A stretch of 64,000 nucleotides of DNA, from assembly GCA_050287085.1 (NCBI GenBank), contig JBNKBE010000011.1, positions 138,240-202,239 on the forward strand, given 5' to 3'. Below the pieces are notes generated by a model. That model had not been told where the DNA came from and did not search any database. It saw only the letters and a list, made by a program, of their open reading frames with translations. The DNA is from Polyangiaceae bacterium (GTDB lineage Bacteria; Myxococcota_A; Polyangia; Polyangiales; Polyangiaceae). Within the stretch, counting starts at the first letter, position 1, and the number at the start of each line of letters is the position of its first letter. Shown here one piece after another: positions 29,662 to 39,472 of this stretch. A program made the translations under genes and the position numbers.

Positions 29662-30763
29662 GAGCGTCGAGTAAGAGCTGACCGAAGCTCATTTCGGCGA
29701 CGGGCGAAGGAATCACAATAGTCGGCTCGAAACCAGTTGGCAGAGCGGCTTCGATGCGCGCGCCTGCACCCGTGGCACTCGTGCTCTCGGCCGCAGAGGG
29801 CCGACTCGAGCCAACTGCGTCGGGCTCTGAACGCAACCCCAGATCAGAATACGCCCCCGACTCCGACACGGATTCGTGGCGCGCCTCATGCTGGCGCTGG
29901 CGTTCTGCTTGCGCGGCATCGTGCGCCCGCAGCTCCTCTTGCGCTTGAGCCGGGGGGCGCAAGCTCGCATCATACGCTGCGGCAAAGGTGCCGACTGGCA
30001 ACACTTCCTCGAGCCCATCTGGCTGCAAAGCATCTTGCTCTGAGGGCTCGGGCGGCCCCACTGTCGTCCGGTGCAACTCGAGCCGGGACGGATCCGAATC
30101 GCCTTCGAGCTCAACCGTGGTGCCCAACTGCGCCATGGTGGGAACGGAGCCCGGCATGGAAACGGGTGCCCCGATATCGAGCTCGGGCTCGGGCATTTCG
30201 ATCCGCAGCGGCGGCGTAGAAACGATGGGACCGGACTCAGGCGGCGGGGTTCGCCCCTCTTGCTCGATGGAGCTTGCGCCATCGATTCCGTCCACCTCCT
30301 CCATCTCGCTGGAGGCCGGCATCGTCTCTTCTTCTTCTGCGCTGAGCTCTTCTTCAACGTATCCCGGAACACCCGAATGCGGAGGCTCGGGCTCCTCAGC
30401 CGCGGTCCACTCGGTGCCACTCGATCGCTGAGACAGCGGTCCAGCGTCCTCCTCCTCAACCGAGGCCCCAAAGGCAGCTTGGGCGCGCGCCGCCTGCACG
30501 TCTCCGTCGGTCACAATCGGATGCTCAAATGAAGTCGCGATCGCGTCCCGATGGGCTGCCTCGTCCGCAGCCACGTCCAAGGTCGTGACCTCCAGATCGG
30601 TATTCGGGGTGCTCGAGAGCAGGATGTCCTCGGCATTGAGCTCGAGCGCGCTTTCTTCTTCGACGGCCAAAGGAGAAAGACCGGCGCTGCGCTCAGCAAC
30701 AAGGGCCGAAGCATTGCGGCGCACTCGTTCGAGAAGGCCTTCGAGTTTCTGAAGCTGCTCCAT
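29645..30763 (-). CDS. Acidic, largely disordered hypothetical protein
   Basis: 372-aa ORF with AAGGAG RBS, ordered-looking termini; abuts upstream gene. Confidence 0.7.
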   Translation of the reverse strand: MEQLQKLEGLLERVRRNASALVAERSAGLSPLAVEEESALELNAEDILLSSTPNTDLEVTTLDVAADEAAHRDAIATSFEHPIVTDGDVQAARAQAAFGASVEEEDAGPLSQRSSGTEWTAAEEPEPPHSGVPGYVEEELSAEEEETMPASSEMEEVDGIDGASSIEQEGRTPPPESGPIVSTPPLRIEMPEPELDIGAPVSMPGSVPTMAQLGTTVELEGDSDPSRLELHRTTVGPPEPSEQDALQPDGLEEVLPVGTFAAAYDASLRPPAQAQEELRAHDAAQAERQRQHEARHESVSESGAYSDLGLRSEPDAVGSSRPSAAESTSATGAGARIEAALPTGFEPTIVIPSPVAEMSFGQLLLDALKLGQ

Positions 30764-31345
30764 TTACGCCGCTCCTTGTGTCGCGTTCAGCCGGGCCAAG
30801 ATCTCCCCATAATGGCGCCCCTCCCCCAACCACGACAAGACTGTTCCACGCGCACGCTCGTTGCATGCAAGCAAACGCACGACGCTGCCATCACGCGAAA
30901 GAGCCACAACACGCGCAGATAGGTTCAAACGGCCCAGGACACCCTCCAGCACGGCCCCCAGGAAGACATCACCTGGATCGACCTTTGCGCCCGTACCAGC
31001 GCTGAGCAACAGGGTGCTGTTGGAAATGGTGAACACTAGGGCGCGTCCCCAGCGCTCCAAGCCCAAACGCCCGAGCCCCATCATAGCGAGATGGCAACCA
31101 AGGTGGTCCACCACCCGTTGTGGAGGTAACTCCTCGAGATCGGGCAGCTCGTCCTCCAGAACACGCGCAACCTGTAGGCCCAGACCACGCCCGAAGTCGA
31201 CCAGCGTTTCCGTCGAGAGTTCGCGAAAGAGCCCAACCAGGCTTTGAAAGGGCACAAGCACACAGGGCTCGCCCGAACCAAGACGAACTCGTCCTTCGCC
31301 CAAGTCAAATCGGACCGCGCTCTGCATCGTGGACTGCTCAGCCAA
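30764..31345 (-). CDS. Hypothetical protein, V4R-like fold suspected
   Basis: FDLGEGRV..L.P..SL..L..FGRGLG..MGLGRL..ERWG pattern. Confidence 0.6.
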   Translation of the reverse strand: MAEQSTMQSAVRFDLGEGRVRLGSGEPCVLVPFQSLVGLFRELSTETLVDFGRGLGLQVARVLEDELPDLEELPPQRVVDHLGCHLAMMGLGRLGLERWGRALVFTISNSTLLLSAGTGAKVDPGDVFLGAVLEGVLGRLNLSARVVALSRDGSVVRLLACNERARGTVLSWLGEGRHYGEILARLNATQGAA

Positions 31346-31546
31346 TGATCATCCTTTCCACCGTGAGCGCTACGGGCCCGGCGTCTCGAAAGTATAGGCC
31401 GCGTTGGCCACTCCATGTCAAAGTCCTTGCAAATGAGGGCGTTCTCCAAGGCCGAGCCCTCCGGGTGCGCACTAGGCCACCTTGCGGGTTTGCGTAGGCA
31501 AGCGTAGGACTAGATCAGGTGTAATGAGCGCGTCTGGGCGCGGGAA

Positions 31547-33004
31547 GTGGTAGTGAGTCGGGTAGTGAGATGGAGCTGGGTGTCATACTTCGATAACCGT
31601 CTCCCGGGCGGGCTACGGGCGGCGCCCCACCCCTTTGCCAAGTCAAGACCGTTCTGGACCACGTTTCTGCTCGTGCTGGCGCTCTCTGCGCCGCTGCTTG
31701 CCGATCCGTCGTCGCGAAGCCTGTTGCTCGGAGGCCCGGCAAGCAGCCACTACCAGCCGAAAGACCTCGCCGCCCACCTTCCCCTGGGGGCGGCACTGCG
31801 AGTCCAAGTTCGGCCAGCTCTACCAGCCGTAGCCTGCGCCCCCAGAGCCCCCGTGTGCGCCCACGCTTCAACGCAGGCCTTGGCCGACCGCGGCGCGCAG
31901 CTCATGGCGCAAGCCTACGAACGACTGAGCATCGCCGTGGACCTACCACTGCCCCACGGCGATGGAGATGCGGGCGGCGGACCGGAACTCGATCTGTATC
32001 TCGTTTCGGACGCAAGCCCCCTCGTTGTCACCGCCGATCTGAGGACCCTGCAAGCAGACAGCACGTCGGGCCATTGTCAGCTCGGGGCCCTGGCATTGTC
32101 CGCCCAGGCGGCGACCCGCTGCTGGGTAGAGCTGAGCGCACTCCGCCTAGATGCCGCAGAGACTCCGGCTTTGCGGGCAGGCCTAGGCGAATACGAGTCA
32201 TGGTTGGCGCTCGGTCCCAGTGCCGCGGCAGCCGATCTCATCGGATTCGCACAAGCGAACCCTCAGCTCGGTTTGGCTGGACGAGCGCGCACCCCGGAAT
32301 CCGCCGCTAGCGCCCTCTGGTGGGCTCACCTAGACGCCTCCTTGTCCAAATGGGAGCCAGGCAAACTGCCGCTCGCCACCTACGCTCTCAGCCGCCGCGA
32401 CGAATCCTTGAAGCATAAGTGGCCGCCCAATGAGAGCATACAGTGGCGCAATGCCCCGGACGCGCTCGATGTGGTGCGCTCCTTCTTCGATCTAAATAGG
32501 GAGCGCGAGGCAGAGCATTGGCTACAATGGGCCGTGGACCGTGCCTTCATGGGCAGCCGCGACGACGGCGCTCACGCTGCTGCGGTACCATGGACGCAAG
32601 ACGAGGGACGGATCCGCTTCGACTGGACGCTGAAGACATCCACTCTGCCTCGCTACGTGATGAGCGAGCGGGCCATTGAACCCCTTGGCGCGATGTACAC
32701 CTGGGTAGAGCTGGACGACGCCCCCACCCAGCTCGGTTTGCGCGTCGAGTGGGAGCCTCCCGTCCGCTTTCACTGGGCCGTGGTGGGCGTGGACGAGAAG
32801 GGACGCGAAACCACCCGCTGGGAACTCGCCTACACGGAGCAGGAGCAACGGCTCGAACGTACGCTCATGAATTTTGCAAACGCGGTTGGGTTGATCATCG
32901 TGGGCGTCAATCTAGGAGGGGTGTCCTTGCAAACCCCTTTCGAGCCGGACTTTCAACCCTGGGAGCCACACCGCGCGTCTGTTTATCTCGCTCGCCTCGA
33001 GTGA
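31547..33004 (+). CDS. Secreted hypothetical protein
   Basis: 485-aa ORF with signal/TM segment; no catalytic motif recognised; start uncertain. Confidence 0.65.
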   Translation: MVVSRVVRWSWVSYFDNRLPGGLRAAPHPFAKSRPFWTTFLLVLALSAPLLADPSSRSLLLGGPASSHYQPKDLAAHLPLGAALRVQVRPALPAVACAPRAPVCAHASTQALADRGAQLMAQAYERLSIAVDLPLPHGDGDAGGGPELDLYLVSDASPLVVTADLRTLQADSTSGHCQLGALALSAQAATRCWVELSALRLDAAETPALRAGLGEYESWLALGPSAAAADLIGFAQANPQLGLAGRARTPESAASALWWAHLDASLSKWEPGKLPLATYALSRRDESLKHKWPPNESIQWRNAPDALDVVRSFFDLNREREAEHWLQWAVDRAFMGSRDDGAHAAAVPWTQDEGRIRFDWTLKTSTLPRYVMSERAIEPLGAMYTWVELDDAPTQLGLRVEWEPPVRFHWAVVGVDEKGRETTRWELAYTEQEQRLERTLMNFANAVGLIIVGVNLGGVSLQTPFEPDFQPWEPHRASVYLARLE

Positions 33005-35553
33005 GCGTCGCGACGTCGCGACAGCGTCGCAAGAGCTGCCGCGCCAAAGGCCAACAAGCTACCGGGAAGCGGCTCGTGGGGCAGCCCGAAAGCGCAACCG
33101 CCGTCCCCCTCTTGAGCAGACGCGTCGCGCTCCCGCTGGCGTACAATCGGGACCTCGACGTCCATGCTGAAGCCTTGGCCGTCGGAAAGCCCGACCGTCA
33201 GCGTCTTGCCAGCGGCCGCTTGATAGGCTTCAAGCGAAAGCTCGATTAGCCCGTTAACCCGTTGCTTCCTAGAGCGAAGTCTACCGTTGGCGATTGAGAG
33301 CTCGAGGGCGCGAAGCGACTCCTTCGCAAGAGGGTTCCCCGAGGTATCGCGCAGCAGCGCCAGCACCGCCAGCGGGGGCTCGCCCCCGGCGTAGGCTATG
33401 TTGTCGCCAGGTCGAAGCTCCGACTCCGCCGCACTCGGGCGCGACCTCGCGGCGGCCGAGCCCTCCATCGCGGAGAGACTGCGCCGGGCATTGACGATGC
33501 CCGCCCCCGCAAGGGATCCCTCGTCCTGAGTTCGGGATGCCCCTGCCAGCAACAAAGCTCGCATCTCCTTGTGATCGATCGAGGGATCCCGTTCGAAAAG
33601 GAGAGCCGCTACTCCGCTGACCAGCGGTGCGGCAAAGGACGTTCCTACCGCCGTACCCAAGTTATCATCCACCAATGCGCAGTTCGGCTCGGGGTTGGAG
33701 TCCGCGTCAAAGCACACCGGACTTCGCAGGAAGAGACTCACCGAATTGTTGCTCCCAAGACGCAGAGGATGAGCACGCGTCGAAACTGCACCCACAATCG
33801 CCGCCCCAGGCGCCAAGAGCTCTGGCTTCAGGGTCCCGGCCTCGGCAGGCCCGGCAGCACTGAACGGCGCTACACGCCCCAACATGCCCTGCGGCACCAG
33901 CTCACCGTGAAAACGAGCCGACACAGCTTCATCTTGTTGATACCCCGGCCATTGGAGCCGGTTCCAAGTGGCTCCAACCGCTATGAGCTCCGGCGCGTCC
34001 GCGGGAACGCTCACGGTACCCGAGCGCCATGCGGAGGTGAACAACACGCCCGAGCTCCCCGCAAACGGGCTGTAGCTGCCGTCTGACTGAACCCATAGGT
34101 CCACCACGCCGCCGCCTTCGATCACGATTTCGTAGTCCGCATTGGGCGTGATATCGCCGGCGAAGACCAGCGCCGCGCCGCGATCGAGTCCATCGACCTC
34201 GATATCAGGCTGCGCCTGGTTAAGCACACTGACCTCCCAGCGCCGGTCCGCACCGTCCACGACGCGAACCGCCTGTTGCTCACCTGGAGCCAGCGGCTCG
34301 ACCAGCACCTGACCGTCGCCTGCCCGTAAGCCAACACGCAACTCATCGAGCTTCGTTGCGCTAATCCAGAGGAAAGCAAGTGCACTATCGTAGGCGTCGA
34401 TATCGGGAGTCCGAAGGGGCGCCGCGCGGCTCTCGCCCTCAGCAACATGAAGCTGAGTATGGATCCCCAAGCGCTCGTTGCCGTTCGCCTGAACCTCTCC
34501 GCCGTTGCCAGCGGCCAGTACAATCGCGCGCCCAGTCCGTTCGGACGCAAGCTCGACCAGAGCCTGGCCGATGGCCGAGGAGCCATCGTGAGGTCCAAAG
34601 TCGCCACCCAAACTCAAGTTGACGACGGCCGGCTTGGCATCGTCAGCCGCCCGCTCGAAGACAAAACGAGTGCCAAGCAGCACCGCTTCATCCGCAACCA
34701 TCGCGTCGGTCGTGGCAACACGAACCACAATTAGCTCGGCTTCTGGGGCTACGCCGGCGTATTGCGGCTTGCGCCCGCCGTTGCCAGCCGCGAGAGACGC
34801 GACGAGCGTACCATGACCCAAGATGTCGGGAGGCAGTGTGACCAGGTCACCGTTGAGCACTACCCCTCCGGAAGTAACCAGCTCCTGGAGCTCCGGAGGG
34901 CCTAATACGGCGCAGCTATACGCCTCTCCGTCGCAGCCTAATTCCGCTTCGATTTCAGGATAGATCCCAAGCGGCTGCAGACCAAAGTCGAGCCACCAAC
35001 TGACCCGGCTCACACCACCGCCCGCCAGCGTGGGATGGCGAAGCTCAAGGCCGCTGTCGATGATCCCGATCACAACACCCGCGCCGCTGCCACGGTCAGC
35101 CCCCAGCGACTCCCGCGCAGCACCGAGCTCGAGAATACCACTGGCCCGATCCAGCAATAGCCGCCGCGGCGCTGACCACAAGGCGATGCCATCGCCCTCG
35201 TCCGCCCGGCCCCCCCTAGGGAGAAGTGAATAGTGCCGACCGAGCGCCACGGCCCCCAGAGGGCCAGCCCCCGCCGCGTGCCGCATCAGGTGGAAGCGGC
35301 CTCCGAAACGCGTGCCCTCCCAGGCCCGTAGCTGCTCGAAAAGCTGCGGCTTTCCGAGGTTTTGCGCCTTGTGAGGAGGGACGGCCGCGGGAGCCACAGC
35401 CGGGGCAGCGAGCAACAGCAACAGCAACAGCATCCGGACGAGGATGACCCGAGGCCAAGCGCAGTATCGTGCGCGCGGCGTCTGCCGGCGCCCTGCGCGA
35501 GCCCCCGACGCCCTTTCACGGCTCGGCAAGCAGTTGCTCCACGCTCGACTCAA
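32983..35553 (-). CDS. S8 (subtilisin-like) serine peptidase with MYXO-CTERM-like tail
   Basis: IGIIDSG, GHGTLVAS, AAGN, GTSFAAP triad motifs; GDGGC + TM + RRR tail; start probably ~35433. Confidence 0.93.
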   Translation of the reverse strand: MSRAWSNCLPSRERASGARAGRRQTPRARYCAWPRVILVRMLLLLLLLAAPAVAPAAVPPHKAQNLGKPQLFEQLRAWEGTRFGGRFHLMRHAAGAGPLGAVALGRHYSLLPRGGRADEGDGIALWSAPRRLLLDRASGILELGAARESLGADRGSGAGVVIGIIDSGLELRHPTLAGGGVSRVSWWLDFGLQPLGIYPEIEAELGCDGEAYSCAVLGPPELQELVTSGGVVLNGDLVTLPPDILGHGTLVASLAAGNGGRKPQYAGVAPEAELIVVRVATTDAMVADEAVLLGTRFVFERAADDAKPAVVNLSLGGDFGPHDGSSAIGQALVELASERTGRAIVLAAGNGGEVQANGNERLGIHTQLHVAEGESRAAPLRTPDIDAYDSALAFLWISATKLDELRVGLRAGDGQVLVEPLAPGEQQAVRVVDGADRRWEVSVLNQAQPDIEVDGLDRGAALVFAGDITPNADYEIVIEGGGVVDLWVQSDGSYSPFAGSSGVLFTSAWRSGTVSVPADAPELIAVGATWNRLQWPGYQQDEAVSARFHGELVPQGMLGRVAPFSAAGPAEAGTLKPELLAPGAAIVGAVSTRAHPLRLGSNNSVSLFLRSPVCFDADSNPEPNCALVDDNLGTAVGTSFAAPLVSGVAALLFERDPSIDHKEMRALLLAGASRTQDEGSLAGAGIVNARRSLSAMEGSAAARSRPSAAESELRPGDNIAYAGGEPPLAVLALLRDTSGNPLAKESLRALELSIANGRLRSRKQRVNGLIELSLEAYQAAAGKTLTVGLSDGQGFSMDVEVPIVRQRERDASAQEGDGGCAFGLPHEPLPGSLLAFGAAALATLSRRRDAHSRRAR

Positions 35554-36610
35554 AACGCTCGAGCTCAGGACCGCTAACGCCCACCATCAGGTCGTTCACA
35601 ATCCCCCGCTTGTCGATCGCAAAAACAAGCGGCAGCGAATAGGCGCTATAGGCATCTGATATCTTGCCGCCTTCATCCCACAAGACTGGGTAACGCAACC
35701 CCAGCGACGCCGCATCGCGAGTCGCCTGTTCAAAGGGGTCCAGCGTTACCCCAATCACGGAAACACCGAGGGCACGGCGCTCGTGCCAGGCGTTGAGATG
35801 AGGCGTCAAGGCGCGACAAGGACCGCACCAGGCAGCCCAAAAATCTAGCAAGACGACGCGCCCCTGAAGTTGGAGAAGGCTGGTGGGGACGTTGCCCTGA
35901 ACAAGTCGCCCCGTGGACACATTAGGCGCGGGATAGCCCACGTAGTGCCGGCGCAGACGTTCGCTCAGCGACGGACGCGGCACCACTTGTATTCTCACGA
36001 GCCGCGCCTTGCCATCGCGCAGAAATGCTAGGCCCCCAACGTCCCCCGGGTGCAGCGCCGAAGTCACCCGCCGGAAGTCGTCCACGGTGGCCAGCGACTC
36101 CCCGTTCCAAGTCTGCAGCACATCACCCTCTTCCAACCCAACGCCTTCCGCCGGCGAGCCCCGTGAAACGCGTTGCAAGGTAAGCCCGGCTGCGGCCGGT
36201 CGAACCTGGAGCCCCAGCCAAGGCTCACCCGCGGAGGACCGCGCGTCGGACACACTTGGACCGGCGGGCACCGCTTCAATTGTTTGGGGCAGCTCCGGAG
36301 ACGCCGGCTGGAACGTGCCCTGAAGGTCGATGGGAGGTGCCAAGGGCAAAGCGCTGGGTATGGCTGTAGCGGGATCTTGCCTGGGAGGCAGCGAGGGCTC
36401 GGAAGGATGGCAAGCGCTCAAGGCGAGTACTGCCATCAGGAGGTTGCTCACCACGGCCCGGAAAGATAGTGCTCTTGGATGCGCCACGCGCTCGCCTTCG
36501 GATTGCTGCTGAGCGGCTGTACAGGACGTACGCCCTACCCGTCCAACATCGGATCTAGCCACTATAGCGCGAGATCGGCAAGTGCCGACGAAAGCGACGC
36601 CCAATCGCAA
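35516..36610 (-). CDS. Lipoprotein with PDZ and TlpA-like thioredoxin domains
   Basis: PWLGL..GSPA..GL..GDV (PDZ); LDFWAAWCGPC; start probably ~36436. Confidence 0.88.
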   Translation of the reverse strand: MRLGVAFVGTCRSRAIVARSDVGRVGRTSCTAAQQQSEGERVAHPRALSFRAVVSNLLMAVLALSACHPSEPSLPPRQDPATAIPSALPLAPPIDLQGTFQPASPELPQTIEAVPAGPSVSDARSSAGEPWLGLQVRPAAAGLTLQRVSRGSPAEGVGLEEGDVLQTWNGESLATVDDFRRVTSALHPGDVGGLAFLRDGKARLVRIQVVPRPSLSERLRRHYVGYPAPNVSTGRLVQGNVPTSLLQLQGRVVLLDFWAAWCGPCRALTPHLNAWHERRALGVSVIGVTLDPFEQATRDAASLGLRYPVLWDEGGKISDAYSAYSLPLVFAIDKRGIVNDLMVGVSGPELERFESSVEQLLAEP

Positions 36611-37051
36611 GACACCGACGCAACCTCAAGACCGCGACACCGGGTGCGCCCCGACTCCGAGAAAACGCAACTCATCCCTTGGCCGCCCGCAGAAGGCCAG
36701 CGTCGCGCAAGCAGTCACGGCCCCAATCGTTGGTACGAAGTACGGCTACCGCGGGAATTCGGCCCGACCTACGCAGTGTGGTCACGCGGAGCTCAGGCTC
36801 CGGAAGGAACGCTCATCGCAGTAGCACTGGCGGCGAGTCCGGACGCGGACTTCGACGCCCTATGGACGATGGTCAAGAAAGACGGTGTCTGGCGCTTCGA
36901 GGTTTGGCCCACTGATGGCAACAGCGCTGATTCAACCCCGCTCCGGAGTAGCGAAAACACGCGGACCACCACGCTCTGTCATCAGTGTCATAGCCAGGCG
37001 ACAAGCGACTACGTCTTTGGTCCAGGCAGCTCGAACGGCGCTGAACGTTGA
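36479..37051 (+). CDS. Monoheme c-type cytochrome lipoprotein (cytochrome P460-like layout)
   Basis: Lipobox LSGC; M.K...W.F segment; C-terminal CHQCH..DYVF. Confidence 0.7.
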   Translation: MRHALAFGLLLSGCTGRTPYPSNIGSSHYSARSASADESDAQSQDTDATSRPRHRVRPDSEKTQLIPWPPAEGQRRASSHGPNRWYEVRLPREFGPTYAVWSRGAQAPEGTLIAVALAASPDADFDALWTMVKKDGVWRFEVWPTDGNSADSTPLRSSENTRTTTLCHQCHSQATSDYVFGPGSSNGAER

Positions 37052-37415
37052 GCGCGCAAACACGGCTCAAGCGACAGGCAAACTAAGCGTAAGCGTTAAG
37101 AAAGGCTGTGAAGCGAGCCATCTCGACCGGAACCCTGACGCGGCTGGACGGCCGCAGCTGACAGGGGCGCAAGACGGCAAGGGTTAGACCTGTAATTGGG
37201 TACTTGCAAGATGACGGCCGGCTCCAGAGCGACGACCAGGCTCAAGGCAAGAAAGAATGCCGACGGGATGACTCAACGCCAGCAATGAACCGAAACTAGG
37301 CAAGTTCGGCGGTGCAACGGTCCAGGAGCACCGCCGAAAAGGCAACCAAGGAGGAAATTAAGCGAAAGGTAAGAAGTGTGTAAGCTAAGCGACAGAAGAT
37401 TAAGGAAGGTTGCAC
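37052..37415 (-). ncRNA. Candidate sigma54-dependent CUU-rich structured non-coding RNA (~360 nt)
   Basis: No credible ORF; 24 AAG vs 1 CTT on + strand; several hairpins; directly downstream of a sigma54 motif; 3' end not defined. Confidence 0.55.
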
Positions 37416-37425
37416 CAAGGCCTTA

Positions 37426-37441
37426 AGCATAGGTCGTGCCA
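37426..37441 (-). promoter_or_regulatory. Sigma54 (-24/-12) promoter
   Basis: Minus strand TGGCACGACCTATGCT vs consensus TGGCACG-N4-TTGCW, correct GG-GC spacing. Confidence 0.75.
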
Positions 37442-37451
37442 ACCCCATCAG

Positions 37452-37469
37452 GCGCCAGAATTCTGGCGC
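37452..37469. promoter_or_regulatory. Perfect 18-bp palindrome (operator or + strand terminator)
   Basis: GCGCCAGAATTCTGGCGC followed by TTTT. Confidence 0.5.
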
Positions 37470-37811
37470 TTTTAGGCTCGTACCTCGCCAATTCTCCAGT
37501 CCGTTGCGAACTTGGAGGAGTTTTCCCGGATCCTCATGTCATACTCGACCCCGCGTTGGGCCGCTCCCGAACCCATCGAAGCCCGCGAAGCCACGGGCCG
37601 CGGGGTGGTGTTTGCGCCGGAAACGGACATTGCCGCTAGCTCCACGACTCTCGTGTCCTAGTCGCCCCCGCGGGTCCTAAGACGCTTCCCTGAGCACAAC
37701 CTGCTTCCAAGGCGGGCCAGACCTACAGCCGACCAAAGACTGTTTTTTGCCCCGAGCCAACAGAAGATACTCGCAACCGCCCAAAGGCATGTTAGTAACC
37801 GCGCTCCCAAA

Positions 37812-37885
<74 letters not shown>

Positions 37886-37959
37886 CAGCATCAAAAAGGC
37901 CTGATTCGCTCCCCTTCGCGGGGAGCCCTGTTCACAGCCTGATAACACGCGAGGAAGCC

Positions 37960-38175
37960 TTGGCTCTCCTCGCGTTTGCACGTGAGGGGGTCGGAGTTCC
38001 CCGGGAGCGTGCCGAAGCATTTGCTCGCGCGGTTCTTGACCTGGACGACGCCAGCCGTCTGGCGTTGGCCGTTCTCGACGGCGGACTGTTCGCCGGTGCG
38101 CGACTGGTCGAGCTCGCGGCACTCGTGGCCGAACCGTCCGCGGGGGCGGATGGCGCGGAAGGCGCATCGTCATGA
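37960..38175 (+). CDS. Small ORF downstream of tRNA; frame open from 37822 through the tRNA; possible C-terminal piece of a split integrase
   Basis: No stop 37822-38172; ATGA-coupled to Rep gene; integrase origin is inference. Confidence 0.45.
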   Translation: MALLAFAREGVGVPRERAEAFARAVLDLDDASRLALAVLDGGLFAGARLVELAALVAEPSAGADGAEGASS

Positions 38176-39472
38176 TGGCGCGAGCGGGCATCGTTCGCCC
38201 CTCTCGGGCGGCTCGGCGCGCTTGTAAGAACAAGGATAAGTCGCCGGAGACGGAAACGAGGCCCGACAGGGCCGGCCGTCTTCGGCGTGCGAAGGCACTA
38301 CCCAAACAGGCTTGGGAAGGCCTACCTCCGTACGTCCAAGCTTGCGCAGCGAACCGCCACCGCAAGCGCCCGTACTTCCTCTACGTGTGGAACCCCGACA
38401 ATCCAAACAAGAAGACCCGCATCGACTACTTCTGTCGCAGCTGGCGCTGCCCCTACTGTCGACACCATGAGAGTCACGTCTTGTATTCGCGTGTCAGGGA
38501 GGCCTTCGAGCCATTCAACGCCGCGGACATCGTGTTCTTTGTGCTGACGCTCGACCCGAGGGAACACCAACGCGGCAAGACCGAGCTGACCCAAGTCTAC
38601 AGGGAGTTCACCCGGCGCGGTGCCAATCTGCTCAAGCGTGTGCGACGCTGGATGACGAAGCACGGCATGAAGCCGTTCGGAAGCGAGTGGGTCTCGACTA
38701 TCGAAGCGCACAAGTCTGGCGTTCCGCACATCAACTACATGGTGCACAGTCCCGAGCTCGCGGCGTTCTTTCGGGCGGACGCAGAGTCGAGACGGGTTGC
38801 TGGTGAAAGCAGCGTCGAGTCCATCATCATCCGCGGCGAGCTGCGTCAGCACCTGGAGGCGTGCGGCTTCGGTTGGCGGTCAACCGCAGAAGCTGTGCGC
38901 CTCCATGGTGATGCAGTGAACGGCGTATCCAAGCTCGCGGGCTACATCACGAAGATTGCCGGCAACACGGAGAAGACGCACGGCGAGCTCGCCAAGTTGA
39001 GCCAAGTGCCATTGATGGCGCCAAAGAACTTCCGTCGACTCCGCTCGGGAAAGAAGTTCCTGCCCAAGCGCCGCAAGGGTGACGGGACCGGCGCTCTCCT
39101 CCGGCGTTACCCATCCAGGGAAGGCGACGAGGCGCCGAAGCGGTCACGCGCAGTTCCGACCCGGAGTACATGGCTCATGTGCGCGCTTGCGTGAGGCAGG
39201 AACAGGAACTGGTCTTCGAGGATGAGCGGCGGGTTGCGACGAACCGTTTCTGTGTGCGGTGGGGCCTGCCGCTGGCCACGGTGCCGCCCGTTCAGGCGTT
39301 CTTGTTGCCGCCGGTGAAGGTCTACGCGAAACCCGTGCCGCCCGCCGTCGACCAGCGCGAACAGTGCGCGTTCGATTCACCAGTTCAGCTTGTGATACGG
39401 GTCAACGGTCATGCGCGAGGCGGGCGCCAGGGCTACGCACCGGCGTCGCTCTCCTTCGCGGGCTGCTCCTGA
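38172..39472 (+). CDS. HUH rolling-circle replication initiator (Rep); probable -1 frameshift near 39133 (frames 38172-39194 and ~39134-39472)
   Basis: Zn ribbon CRSWRCPYC, motif I FFVLTLD, motif II EAHKSGVPHINYMV, motif III GYITK. Confidence 0.8.

Noticed and set aside
37052..37415. Identification as tmRNA, RNase P, SRP, 6S or Pxr RNA
   Set aside because: Lacks tRNA-like ends, RNase P conserved boxes, the SRP loop and a long 6S duplex; I cannot match it to Pxr by eye
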